A stretch of 64,000 nt of DNA from NCBI GenBank assembly GCA_963665275.2, contig CAXXIN010000018.1:32001-96000 (forward strand), written 5' to 3'. Source of the stretch: Negativicutes bacterium. GTDB lineage: Bacteria; Bacillota; Negativicutes; UBA1444. This document shows positions 9,830 to 19,461 of this stretch, in pieces. The notes under the pieces were generated by a model. It did no database searches, was not told the origin of the DNA, and was given only the letters and a program-made list of their open reading frames with translations. The position numbers and the translations under genes were made by a program. Position 1 is the stretch's first letter; the number at the start of each line of letters is the position of its first letter.

Positions 9830-10735
9830 TCACTGCGTGGCAATCTTTTGATCCACAATTCCGATGAGTTGTTCAATTTCCGGTTTGGTAATCTGAGCAA
9901 AAGCGCCGAGAGTTTGCCCTTTTAGTCGCATTTCCTCATTGATCAGGGAAGAGAAGATCACGACCGGCAAATCCTTTAATCTTGGGTGGCTTTTGATGCG
10001 TTTTGTCAGGTGATGACCATCCATTTGAGGCATTTCGATATCAGTGATGATGAGCTGAATCTGGTCGGTAACGGGCTTTTCCGAATCAGCGATAGCTTCG
10101 AGCTTGGTCCAAGCTTCCAAACCATTTTCATTGCTGATGGTGTTATATCCGGCAGTATGAAGGGTGCCGAGCAACAAGTCGCGCAACATACGGGAATCTT
10201 CCGCGATCAGAATCGTTTTCTTCTGACGGAGTTGGACGAGTTCCGGAGTAGAAAGAGGGACCGCTGTCATTTTTTTATTCATTTCGGGGTTCACATCTGC
10301 CAGGATTTTTTCGAAGTCAAGCAAGATGATCATCCGATCCTGCATCTTCACAATTCCGACGACCAGATCCGAACCGGCGAGTTGCGGTGCTGGTTCCATC
10401 TGGGTCCATGAGATGCGGTGAATTCGATACACGGCATCGACTTTGAATCCAACATGATAGTTGTTGATTTCGCATACGATAATTTTAAAGTCGTCGGATG
10501 TCGCCGGTGCGTTTAAACTGCGGGCGAGATTGACCAAAGGCATAACCCGGGAGCGTAACGTAAAGACTCCATCCAGATTCGGATGGGACCTGGCGATGAA
10601 CGTGACAGGAACGGCGTTGATAACTTCCCGGACTTTCGCCACATTCAGACCATAGTAGACATCGCCGACTGAAAACTCGATGATTTCAAATTCATTGGTG
10701 CCTGATTCCAGCAAAATTCCTTTATTATCGGCCAT
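9830..10735 (-). CDS. cheV: Chemotaxis protein CheV (CheW + receiver)
   Basis: ILLESGTNEFEI, YGLNVAKVREVI, IAEDS, ITDIEMPQMDG, FSSL. Confidence 0.93.
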   Translation of the reverse strand: MADNKGILLESGTNEFEIIEFSVGDVYYGLNVAKVREVINAVPVTFIARSHPNLDGVFTLRSRVMPLVNLARSLNAPATSDDFKIIVCEINNYHVGFKVDAVYRIHRISWTQMEPAPQLAGSDLVVGIVKMQDRMIILLDFEKILADVNPEMNKKMTAVPLSTPELVQLRQKKTILIAEDSRMLRDLLLGTLHTAGYNTISNENGLEAWTKLEAIADSEKPVTDQIQLIITDIEMPQMDGHHLTKRIKSHPRLKDLPVVIFSSLINEEMRLKGQTLGAFAQITKPEIEQLIGIVDQKIATQ

Positions 10736-10778
10736 GGAAACCTCCAACACTTTTGCAAGTTCTCTTTAGTTATTAATT

Positions 10779-10805
10779 ATTCGCGTTGGGTGTTAAAAAC
10801 CCTTT
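10779..10805 (-). promoter_or_regulatory. SigH-like promoter for cheV
   Basis: AAAGGG-N17-GAAT. Confidence 0.4.
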
Positions 10806-13800
10806 TATTTCTGAGCGGATGTTACAGGAGTATCCGGGTGAATCTTGAACCAGGCAGCGTACATTACCGGCAAAACAAGAAGGGTTAAGACCGTAGCTCC
10901 GAATAACCCCCCAGCGATGGCAATGGCCATTGGTCCCCAGAAGGTGCTCGGCATTAGAGGCATCATGCCCAGTATTGCTGCTGCGGCCGTGAGCATGATT
11001 GGTCGGAAACGCAACACCGCTGAATTGATGATGGCGTCCCAGGGCGCCTGCCCGTCGGCAATGTGTTTTTCAATCTGATCCAGCAATATAACTGAGTTTC
11101 GGATAATCATGCCGCTCAACGCTAAAATGCCAAGCTCGGCAACAAACCCAATAGGTTTGAATGTAACGAGCATTAATATGGAAACACCAATGATCCCAAG
11201 TGGAGCGGTTAATAACGCAAGCAGCATCAGAGAGACTTTTTGCAACTGCAACATGAGCAGAAATACGATGATCAGAACCATGACAGGGACTGGTTGCAAG
11301 AGGTAGCCGATGGAGTTTTTGCTGTTCTCCAAGGAACCGCCGACATTGATGCTGTAGCCTGGCGGTAAGGATTGCCGCAGGGAAGCAAGCTCTGCGTATA
11401 TTTTTTTAGTAGCGTCGTTTCCGGTGATGCTGTTTTGCAGTTCGGCCTGTACGGTGATGGTCGGTTTTAGGTTGCGACGCCAGATCAGGCCATCCTCACT
11501 GTCGTAGCTGATTTTAGCGATCTGACTGAGAGGAACGAATTTTCCGCTGCCAATATGGATGGGCAGATCCTTGATGCGCGACAGATCTTTACGGTCCTGG
11601 GGATTCATTCGAAAAACGATGGCGACGGTTTTATCCTCTTGCCGAAATTCTGCGATAGCCGCGCCGGAGAGTTGCATTTGCAGGCTGGTAGCCAGGGATT
11701 GGTTATCGATGCCGAGCATTCTGGCCTTGTCTTGATCTATGGCGAGATGCATGATTTTATTTTTTTCGTTCCAATCGAAGTTGACATCTTTCAGATAAGG
11801 TTTGGCGTTCATTACAGCTCCGACTTTTTGTGCGATTTCCTTCGTTTTGTCATGATCGATGCCGCTGACTCGCAGCATTACTGGATAAGCGGAGGGGGGA
11901 CCGGTTTGCAACAGTTTGACATGACTGCGAACCTCTGAAAACTTTTCCGCCAAAATCCCATTTGCCTTTTCGTTTATCCTGTTTCTCGCCGCCAGATCTT
12001 TTGCAACAAAAATGAACTGTGCATAGGTATTGTTTGGAAGAGTAGGTTCGCTGGTCAATACAAAACGTGGGGCGCCTTCGCCGACATGGTAGCTATAACC
12101 AACTAAGTCGGGGTCGTTCTCAAATTCTTTGGCGAAACGAGCGGCCTCGGCCTCTGTCGCCCGGATGGCCGAACCTTCCGGCATGTTCATTTCCACAATG
12201 ATTTCTTTGCGCAGTGAGGGCGGGAAAAATTCCTGCCGAATTAATTGGAAGAGGAAAATGGAACCAACAAAGCAGGCGAGAGTGAGGACAAGAACAAGTT
12301 TGCGTCGCTCCAAACACCAAGTCAAGGTACTACGAAATTTGCGGTAAAATCTCGAATCATAAACATTTATAGACGGATCATGATGTTCCTGGGGTTTGAT
12401 TAATTTATAGCCCAACAGGGGAGTGACGATGACAGATACAAACCAGGACAGCACTAGTGCAATGGTGATGACCGTGAATAGGCTGCTGGAAAATTCTGCG
12501 GCGTTTCCTTTGGCAAAACCGATGGGGATGAACCCGGCGCAGGTAATTAGTGTACCTGTCAACATGGGGAGGGCAGTTGCGGTATACGCATAGCAGGCGG
12601 CATCGTACCGACTCCAGCCTTGTTCGAGCTTTACCGACATCATTTCAATCGCGATGATAGCGTCATCGACCAATAATCCGAGTGAGATGATCAGTGCGCC
12701 CAGAGAAACTTTGTGGAGGTCGATACCTGCAACTTTCATGCAGGCAAAGACCCCGGCCAGCACCAACGGGATGCATAAAGCAACTACGATGCCTGAGCGT
12801 AGTCCCAGGCTGATGAAACTAACAATCAGCACGATGACTACGGCTTCAAGTAACGATTTGATAAATTCACCAATTGAATCATCCACGATATCAGGTTGAT
12901 TGGATACTTGTCCAATTTCCAGACCGAGAGGCAGATCAATTTTGATCTGCTCAATAGCCTTATCCAGATCATCGCCGAGTTTGAGGATGTTACCACCTTT
13001 ATCCATGGACAAGGCAATACCGACGGCGGGTTTTCCGTTGTAGAACATTTTGGGGTCTGGTGGATCAACGAAACCGCTTGTCACGGTGGCAATATCGCCA
13101 AGCCGAAAAGTGCGGCCGCCAGCTCTTACAGGGATTTTTCGGACGTTTTCAATATCTTCGAACATGCCGCTGACCCGAAGGTACACATTATCTGAAGAGG
13201 TTTCGACCATGCCGGAGGCCGTCATGGAATTTTGTGTTTTGATTGCCGCAATCAGCAGATTGGGATCAATCCCCATTTGGGAAAGTTTACTGCTCTCCAT
13301 CTCAATGAAGATTTTCTCAGCCTGGACGCCGACCAATTGGACTTTTTTTACATTGGGTACGCCAAGCAAGATGCGTCGAATCGTTTCGGCCTGTGAGCGT
13401 AGTTCCTCGTAATTAAACCCGTCTCCAGTCAAGGCGTATATGGACCCGAATACATCGTCGAAACGATCGTTGAAGAAGGGCCCGACGACTCCGCTGGGAA
13501 AGCTTGTCTTCACGTCGTTAACCATGTTACGGACTTCCAGCCAAGTCGGACGAATATCTTTTTCTGGCGTTGTTTCCTTTAGAACTACATAAATGATAGC
13601 TTGACCTGGTCGTGAGAAACTTTTAAGGTAATCGATCCCAGGAGTATCCTGGAGCTTTTTTTCGATTTTGTCGGTAACCTGTTCTTCAACTTCCCTGGCA
13701 CTGGCGCCTGGCCATGCAACAGAAACGACCATTTGGCGGATGACAAAATCCGGGTCTTCCATGCGGCCTAATTGTCGATAGGAGAAAATTCCGGCGATGA

Positions 13801-13873
13801 AGATCATGGCAATGGTAAAATACACAAACTCCTTGTGGCGAAACGCCAATTCGGTCAGGTTGAAATTTTTCAC
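10805..13873 (-). CDS. RND efflux permease (AcrB/AcrD/AcrF family)
   Basis: 1022 aa; GLLVDDAII, RFRPIMLT motifs. Confidence 0.95.
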   Translation of the reverse strand: MKNFNLTELAFRHKEFVYFTIAMIFIAGIFSYRQLGRMEDPDFVIRQMVVSVAWPGASAREVEEQVTDKIEKKLQDTPGIDYLKSFSRPGQAIIYVVLKETTPEKDIRPTWLEVRNMVNDVKTSFPSGVVGPFFNDRFDDVFGSIYALTGDGFNYEELRSQAETIRRILLGVPNVKKVQLVGVQAEKIFIEMESSKLSQMGIDPNLLIAAIKTQNSMTASGMVETSSDNVYLRVSGMFEDIENVRKIPVRAGGRTFRLGDIATVTSGFVDPPDPKMFYNGKPAVGIALSMDKGGNILKLGDDLDKAIEQIKIDLPLGLEIGQVSNQPDIVDDSIGEFIKSLLEAVVIVLIVSFISLGLRSGIVVALCIPLVLAGVFACMKVAGIDLHKVSLGALIISLGLLVDDAIIAIEMMSVKLEQGWSRYDAACYAYTATALPMLTGTLITCAGFIPIGFAKGNAAEFSSSLFTVITIALVLSWFVSVIVTPLLGYKLIKPQEHHDPSINVYDSRFYRKFRSTLTWCLERRKLVLVLTLACFVGSIFLFQLIRQEFFPPSLRKEIIVEMNMPEGSAIRATEAEAARFAKEFENDPDLVGYSYHVGEGAPRFVLTSEPTLPNNTYAQFIFVAKDLAARNRINEKANGILAEKFSEVRSHVKLLQTGPPSAYPVMLRVSGIDHDKTKEIAQKVGAVMNAKPYLKDVNFDWNEKNKIMHLAIDQDKARMLGIDNQSLATSLQMQLSGAAIAEFRQEDKTVAIVFRMNPQDRKDLSRIKDLPIHIGSGKFVPLSQIAKISYDSEDGLIWRRNLKPTITVQAELQNSITGNDATKKIYAELASLRQSLPPGYSINVGGSLENSKNSIGYLLQPVPVMVLIIVFLLMLQLQKVSLMLLALLTAPLGIIGVSILMLVTFKPIGFVAELGILALSGMIIRNSVILLDQIEKHIADGQAPWDAIINSAVLRFRPIMLTAAAAILGMMPLMPSTFWGPMAIAIAGGLFGATVLTLLVLPVMYAAWFKIHPDTPVTSAQK

Positions 13874-14982
13874 TTTTCGTCACCGTCCAACCGAACTTTT
13901 TGACCTTCTTTTAATTTATGCACGCCTGCGGTGATGACAATCTCATCATTTTTTAGGCCGTCGAGTATTTGGACGCTTCCATCGCCAAACGCTCCGATCT
14001 TTACAGGCCGGAGCGAGGCCTCTCCACTAGTGACAACCCATACGGATGGATTGGCGCCAGTCTGATAAATGGCGGAGATCGGTACATAAGCAGCTTTATG
14101 ATTGGCTGCAACGGACGTACTGACACTAGCGGTCATGCCAAGTTTCATTTCTGGCGGTGGGTTGTTGAGATGAATACGCACTTTGTAGGTACGAGAAGTT
14201 TTATCGGCGATGGGGGAAATTTCACGTACCGTACCATCAACGATTCGATCCGGCAAGGCCCAGAAAGTAACTTTGATTTCCCGTGCGTTACGAATATCTT
14301 CGTATCGATTTTCCGGCACTTCCATTTCGATTTCGCGTTCGCCATCTTGCACCACTGTCAGTACAGCTTGACCGGCAGCGACTACTTGGCCAGCCTCCAC
14401 ATTAATGCTGGAAATGACACCGGCGTTAGTGGCTCGAAGCGCAGTGTACCCAAGTTGGTTCGAACCTTGCGCATACTGGGCTGAAGCCTGACGGGCAGAG
14501 GCCGCGGCGGCGGCATAAGCGTTTTCATACTGATCGTAGATTGCGCGACTGACAGCGCCTTGTTCGTATAGAGTTTGATATCGTTTTAGGTTGGTTTCAG
14601 CCCAAGTCAACTGGGATTGGGCTGCAGCTACCTGAGCTGAAGTAATGTTCACAGTCTGCTGGACATCTTTGGGGTCGATTTCCATCAATACATCACCAAC
14701 CGACACCTTGCTGCCCAGTTCCACGTTGCGTTGAATTATTTTGCCACCGACTTGAAATGCCAGCGAGCTTTCATAACGACCGCGAACCTCACCGGAGTAG
14801 ATGGCATTCTGATCGCCGCCGTTTACCTTTACCCGGATTGACCGGACTAAGGGTGGTAATTCTGCTTTGGTTTTTTTAACGGATAAATTGGCGACGAGTG
14901 AAGCGGATAATACAATCAATATGACCACAAGTGCTGTAATTATGCTTTTCTTATGCGAGTGTAGAAGTTCTTTTGTTATCAT
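13870..14982 (-). CDS. RND periplasmic adaptor (membrane fusion protein)
   Basis: LAFQVGGKI, LRATNAGVI, GMTASV; overlaps the permease start. Confidence 0.93.
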   Translation of the reverse strand: MITKELLHSHKKSIITALVVILIVLSASLVANLSVKKTKAELPPLVRSIRVKVNGGDQNAIYSGEVRGRYESSLAFQVGGKIIQRNVELGSKVSVGDVLMEIDPKDVQQTVNITSAQVAAAQSQLTWAETNLKRYQTLYEQGAVSRAIYDQYENAYAAAAASARQASAQYAQGSNQLGYTALRATNAGVISSINVEAGQVVAAGQAVLTVVQDGEREIEMEVPENRYEDIRNAREIKVTFWALPDRIVDGTVREISPIADKTSRTYKVRIHLNNPPPEMKLGMTASVSTSVAANHKAAYVPISAIYQTGANPSVWVVTSGEASLRPVKIGAFGDGSVQILDGLKNDEIVITAGVHKLKEGQKVRLDGDEK

Positions 14983-15000
14983 TATGAATCGTTCCCTTCA

Positions 15001-15585
15001 CTATTTGTTGACGAGTGCGTTATAGAAAAAATCTACTAATGCCTCAGTGTAGAAACCTTGTTGCTCTTTTTTCATATCAAACTGAATCGTTCGCATATAG
15101 CTGAAGGCCTGAAACAGTCTGAGCCCGATATAGGCAGTAACCTGATCGTCAACGTCTGCCCGGATTCGTCCGTGCTCTTTTCCTTCAGCAATGATTCCGG
15201 CAATGATTTTGATTAGTTGTTCAGTGATCAAAAGGTGCGATTGACATTTCATCATGGTGGAGAATAAAGCCTCGTCATTATTTAACAAGCGAGTCAAAAA
15301 GATATCTTCACTAAAGTAGGCGATAGCGGTACGTAATAATTGCATCAAACGATCCAGAGGGTCAGGTACTTCTCCCATGCGGGAAAAAATGATTTCCAGA
15401 TCTTTAAGCCCTTCACGTTCTATCAAACAGTCAAAAAGGTTCTGTTTGTCCTTAAAGTTCTCATACAGGGTTCGTTTGGACATTTTGCAGTCCCGGCTGA
15501 TTTCATCCATCGTTGTTTTTTGGTAACCAAAGCGGTCGAAACGACTCTGAGCTCGGTCCAAAATGAAGTTTTTCACATTGTCCAT
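15001..15585 (-). CDS. TetR/AcrR family regulator
   Basis: FDRFGYQKTTMDEISRDCKMSKRTLYENFKDK HTH; ATG 15585 after AAGGAG. Confidence 0.9.
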   Translation of the reverse strand: MDNVKNFILDRAQSRFDRFGYQKTTMDEISRDCKMSKRTLYENFKDKQNLFDCLIEREGLKDLEIIFSRMGEVPDPLDRLMQLLRTAIAYFSEDIFLTRLLNNDEALFSTMMKCQSHLLITEQLIKIIAGIIAEGKEHGRIRADVDDQVTAYIGLRLFQAFSYMRTIQFDMKKEQQGFYTEALVDFFYNALVNK

Positions 15586-15688
15586 GACCTGCTCCTTCCA
15601 AATTGTAATTACATGATTACACTCAAAAACTATTATAGTGTTTTGGTTTTCATTAGGCAATAGAATATGGAAAGTGATGGAGCGGTAT

Positions 15689-15729
15689 AAAAAAGAACCT
15701 TGCTTCGGCCTACGGAAGCAAAGTTCTTT
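15689..15729 (-). terminator. Intrinsic terminator
   Basis: AAAGAACCTTGCTTC...GAAGCAAAGTTCTTT with A-run (U-tract on minus). Confidence 0.6.
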
Positions 15730-15769
15730 CAACGTTAGTGACAAAAATTAGTGTGGCCTTGGGTGTTGT

Positions 15770-15910
15770 CTATCGGTACGAAAAATAGATCCGGGCAATC
15801 GCGTGCGCCGTGTCATTGACTTGGTCATACCTAACAGTTTGCGGAGCTTGAATGTACTCGCTGACTCGTTCCAGAAAGCCGCCGACCTTGAGATAGTGTG
15901 TGCATTTCAT
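15770..15910 (-). CDS. 46-aa ORF or truncated gene remnant divergent from marR
   Basis: Strong RBS AAGGAGG; downstream terminator; candidate operator upstream; function unknown. Confidence 0.4.
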   Translation of the reverse strand: MKCTHYLKVGGFLERVSEYIQAPQTVRYDQVNDTAHAIARIYFSYR

Positions 15911-15930
15911 AATAAAAAGCCTCCTTATTG

Positions 15931-15957
15931 TTTGTATCGATATAATTTGCATACAAA
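15931..15957. promoter_or_regulatory. Candidate MarR operator TTTGTAT-N13-ATACAAA
   Basis: Identical arms and spacing recur at 16610-16636. Confidence 0.55.
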
Positions 15958-16141
15958 CTATTTGCATAGTTGAATTATAATTGATATAATACAGTTGTCA
16001 AGAGGTACTAAAAACATCACTCTCGAAAAATTATTTCAGACGTAGCCTTTGCAGTTGCAATCTATGTAGATAATTAGATAGAATAGCTACGATAGAGAAT
16101 ATAAGTTGGATAAGTAGTAATTTGTGAAAGCAGGACGAATT

Positions 16142-16567
16142 ATGTTGGAGATTTTCGATAGCGTATGTATTTTGCTGGCAAAGGCAGAACAGAAACATTT
16201 TCAGTTTACCAAGAGGATGCTTGATGAAAAAGGTCTGGGGATCACGCCGGGCCAACTGATCGTATTGTACACTTTATATAAAAAGGATGGGGTGTCCATC
16301 ACAGATTTGGGCAAACGGAGCTTTTTGGATAATTCAACTCTAACTGGATTAATCGACCGCCTCGAGCGCCTCCAATTGCTTTCCCGTGTTGATGTACCAG
16401 GGGATCGCAGGTCGTTTTCCATCTATCTGACGCCAGCGGCGCTGCTGATTCGTGATGACGTCACAGAAATTATGAATGCAGTCGCGAAAACCATGTTGTC
16501 CGGGTGTAGCGCGGCAGAAGTGAAAACTTTTCAGAAAGTACTCCATAATATCTTCAACAAATTATGA
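16142..16567 (+). CDS. MarR family regulator
   Basis: GITPGQ, STLTGLIDRLE, DRRS..IYLT winged HTH. Confidence 0.92.
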   Translation: MLEIFDSVCILLAKAEQKHFQFTKRMLDEKGLGITPGQLIVLYTLYKKDGVSITDLGKRSFLDNSTLTGLIDRLERLQLLSRVDVPGDRRSFSIYLTPAALLIRDDVTEIMNAVAKTMLSGCSAAEVKTFQKVLHNIFNKL

Positions 16568-16609
16568 CGCTGTGACAAGAGTTCCTCGTCACTTTTTTTA
16601 CAGATAAAC

Positions 16610-16636
16610 TTTGTATGCAAAAAGACTCAATACAAA
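16610..16636. promoter_or_regulatory. Candidate MarR operator upstream of acyl-CoA dehydrogenase
   Basis: TTTGTAT-N13-ATACAAA just after the marR terminator (about 16572-16599). Confidence 0.55.
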
Positions 16637-16774
16637 AATACAACATGCGGTATTTATGTTATCGGACCATATTCTTGGGCGAATCAATTTTGAGTTTTGC
16701 ACTTGCTGCGTCCCTGAATTCTTGAAAGGGGATAAAACAGGTGGTTAACGAAATAAAAAAATGGAGGGAAAATC

Positions 16775-17914
16775 ATGGATTTTGTAATGACGACTGAACA
16801 GGAAAGTATTCGCAAGGTGGTCCGGGACTTTGCCGAAAAATCAGTGGCGCCAACTGCTGCGGAAAGAGACGAGAAGGAATTGTTTCCTCGCGACATTTTC
16901 GATGCTATGGGTGAATTGGGATTCCTGGGGTTGCCCTATCCGGAGGAATACGGCGGAGCCGGCAGTGATTTCGTCAGTTACGCGATCGCAGTGGAAGAAA
17001 TTTCGCGCGTCTGTGGTTCAACCGGCATTGGACTGTCAGTGCACACGTCCCTCTGTTCCTGGCCAATTTTCAAATATGGCACTGAAGAACAAAAACAAAA
17101 ATTTCTCCGACCACTGGCCGAAGGGACAAAACTAGGTGCGTTCGGTCTCACTGAACCCAATGCAGGAACTGATGTCGCCAATGCTGCCACGTCAGCGGTA
17201 CGAGATGGAAATGAATATGTTTTGAATGGAACCAAAGTATTCAATACTAATGGCGGCGAAGCGGAAATCGAAGTGATATTTGCTGCTACAGACAAATCCG
17301 CCGGCATGAAAGGCATGAGCGCTTTCATTGTTGAAAAGGGAACGCCGGGACTGACATTTGGCAAGAAAGAAATCAAAATGGGCATCCGTTCTTCGGTTCA
17401 ACGTGAAGTGATCATGGAAAACTGTCGGATTCCGGCGGAAAATCTGTTGGGAAAAGAAGGCGAAGGATTCAAAATCGCCATGACCACGCTAGATGGTGGA
17501 CGTATCGGAGTGGCGGCTCAATCGGTTGGAATTGCACAAGGGGCACTGGATGAGGCAATCAAATATGCGAAGGCACGGGTTCAATTTGGCAAGCCGATTG
17601 CTGCCAATCAAGCCATCAGTTTCATGCTGGCAGAAATGGCGACCAAGATTGAAGCCGCAAGATTGCTGACTTATAAGGCAGCGTTTCACAAATCGCATCA
17701 TCTTCCGTATTCTAAGGAAGCGGCTATGGCCAAAATGTTTGCGTCCGATACTGCCATGCAGGTTACCACAGACGCGGTTCAAATCTTTGGCGGTTATGGC
17801 TTCAGCCGTGAATATCCGGTGGAGCGAATGATGCGGGATGCTAAAATCACCCAGATTTACGAAGGTACGAACCAGGCCCAAAGAATGGTCATTGCCGGGA
17901 ATATTCTGCGGTAG
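16775..17914 (+). CDS. Acyl-CoA (butyryl-CoA-type) dehydrogenase
   Basis: [34 protein letters not shown]. Confidence 0.95.
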   Translation: MDFVMTTEQESIRKVVRDFAEKSVAPTAAERDEKELFPRDIFDAMGELGFLGLPYPEEYGGAGSDFVSYAIAVEEISRVCGSTGIGLSVHTSLCSWPIFKYGTEEQKQKFLRPLAEGTKLGAFGLTEPNAGTDVANAATSAVRDGNEYVLNGTKVFNTNGGEAEIEVIFAATDKSAGMKGMSAFIVEKGTPGLTFGKKEIKMGIRSSVQREVIMENCRIPAENLLGKEGEGFKIAMTTLDGGRIGVAAQSVGIAQGALDEAIKYAKARVQFGKPIAANQAISFMLAEMATKIEAARLLTYKAAFHKSHHLPYSKEAAMAKMFASDTAMQVTTDAVQIFGGYGFSREYPVERMMRDAKITQIYEGTNQAQRMVIAGNILR

Positions 17915-18082
17915 GCAAATAGTTGAAGCGACCTATAGACCTGAATGCGAGGTTTTGGTAATATAAATATACTTACCAACAGCGCCTAGTGCGTGGCAAT
18001 GGAGCCGGTGGGATTAAATTCCTGCCGGCTTCGTTACGCGAGTGAACCTAATTGATTGGGTAATGGGGAAAGGACTGAACCG

Positions 18083-18949
18083 ATGAGCAAGTATCTGGGA
18101 CCGATATATCTGACGCTGGCTGCGAGTATATGGGGCGGGGTTTATGTGGTCAGCAAGGTTGTGCTGGAAGTTCTGCCAGCCTTGGAACTGGTCTGGATTC
18201 GATACTTGATTGCGCTGGTTGCATTGGCTGGGTTTGGCTGGTGGAAGGGCGAATCGTGGGACATACCGCGCAAATCACTTCCTGTGGTTGCCTTGATTGG
18301 TTTTGTCGGATATTACATTTCGATTTGGGCACAATTTGCCGGCACACATTTGTCGTCAGCCCAGATGGGATCGGTTATTACTGCGGCAACTCCAGCCTTT
18401 ATGGTTATTTTCGCCCGCATTTTGCTGAACGAGCCCGTGACCTTAAAAAAAGCCATTTCACTTTGTTTGGCTACAGCTGGAGTCCTCTGTATTGTCGGAA
18501 CTGCAGATTTTGGGGATGCTTCTAGGCTAGGTGGGATCATTTTGGCTGGAGCAGCCGTTTCCTGGGCTCTGATGTCAGTGCTCGTAAAGAAAATCCCACC
18601 CGGTACATCTTTGGTTGCAGTTACAACGTATGCGATCCTGTTGGCAACCATTGTGATAACACCCATGGCAGTTTCAGAGATGCGGACTGCACAACTTTCT
18701 ATCTTCACTCAACCTATTATTCTTGGCGGCATCTTTTATATGGGGACGATATCAACGGCTGGCGCGTTCTATTTTTGGAACAAGGGGCTACAATTGATGG
18801 ATGCGGGGAACGGGGGGCTGTATTTTTTCTTTCAGCCGCTGGTTGGGAGTTTGTTGGGCTGGTTGCTACTAGGTGAACAGGTCGGCTTTCCTTTTTGGAT
18901 TGGGAGCGCCTTAATTTTCAGCGGAGTGTTGCTTGTGATTCGTGAATAA
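18083..18949 (+). CDS. DMT/EamA family transporter
   Basis: Two EamA repeats, about 10 TM segments. Confidence 0.9.
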   Translation: MSKYLGPIYLTLAASIWGGVYVVSKVVLEVLPALELVWIRYLIALVALAGFGWWKGESWDIPRKSLPVVALIGFVGYYISIWAQFAGTHLSSAQMGSVITAATPAFMVIFARILLNEPVTLKKAISLCLATAGVLCIVGTADFGDASRLGGIILAGAAVSWALMSVLVKKIPPGTSLVAVTTYAILLATIVITPMAVSEMRTAQLSIFTQPIILGGIFYMGTISTAGAFYFWNKGLQLMDAGNGGLYFFFQPLVGSLLGWLLLGEQVGFPFWIGSALIFSGVLLVIRE

Positions 18950-18998
18950 TTGCAATGAGTACAGTTGAAGGTTGTTATCAATAGTGAATGGATGTGTA

Positions 18999-19052
18999 GA
19001 ATTTGCAAAAAGAACCCGCGCCGTTAAAGGTGCGGGTTCTTTTTGCAAATTC
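18999..19052. terminator. Bidirectional-type terminator
   Basis: 21-bp perfect arms GAATTTGCAAAAAGAACCCGC/GCGGGTTCTTTTTGCAAATTC. Confidence 0.8.
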
Positions 19053-19106
19053 GAGTGAATGAATATACTTGAATTAAAAACCGGTATGCCTTTGAGCGAA
19101 ATATTA

Positions 19107-19192
19107 ATGTAAATGAGAAATAGTTTCAAAATACATTGACATAACAACTAATTTAGCTTACCATGGTTACAAATGAATAATATTATCAATAA
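19107..19192 (+). promoter_or_regulatory. feo promoter with Fur-box-like sites
   Basis: AAATGAGAAATAGTTTCAAA and AATGAATAATATTATCAAT flank TTGACA-N17-TACCAT. Confidence 0.55.
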
Positions 19193-19215
19193 CGGAAAGG
19201 GACGGAGGGTATAAA

Positions 19216-19461
19216 ATGAAGAAAACGCTGGACGCTCTGCTTGCTGGTGATACGGGGGTAATCAACCGGGTGATTGGAACCGGGCCTGTGAAAAGGCGGA
19301 TTGTGGATATGGGATTGGTGGCTGGAACTGTTGTGACGGTTCAGAAGTTCGCGCCGCTGGGTGATCCAATGGAAATTAAGGCGAAACATTTCAATCTGTC
19401 GTTACGGAAATCGGAAGCGGCAATGATCGAAGTAGAATGGACAGGGGGGACCCAATCATGA
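19216..19461 (+). CDS. feoA: Ferrous iron transport protein A
   Basis: RRIVDMGL, APLGDP, LSLRKSEA. Confidence 0.93.
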   Translation: MKKTLDALLAGDTGVINRVIGTGPVKRRIVDMGLVAGTVVTVQKFAPLGDPMEIKAKHFNLSLRKSEAAMIEVEWTGGTQS

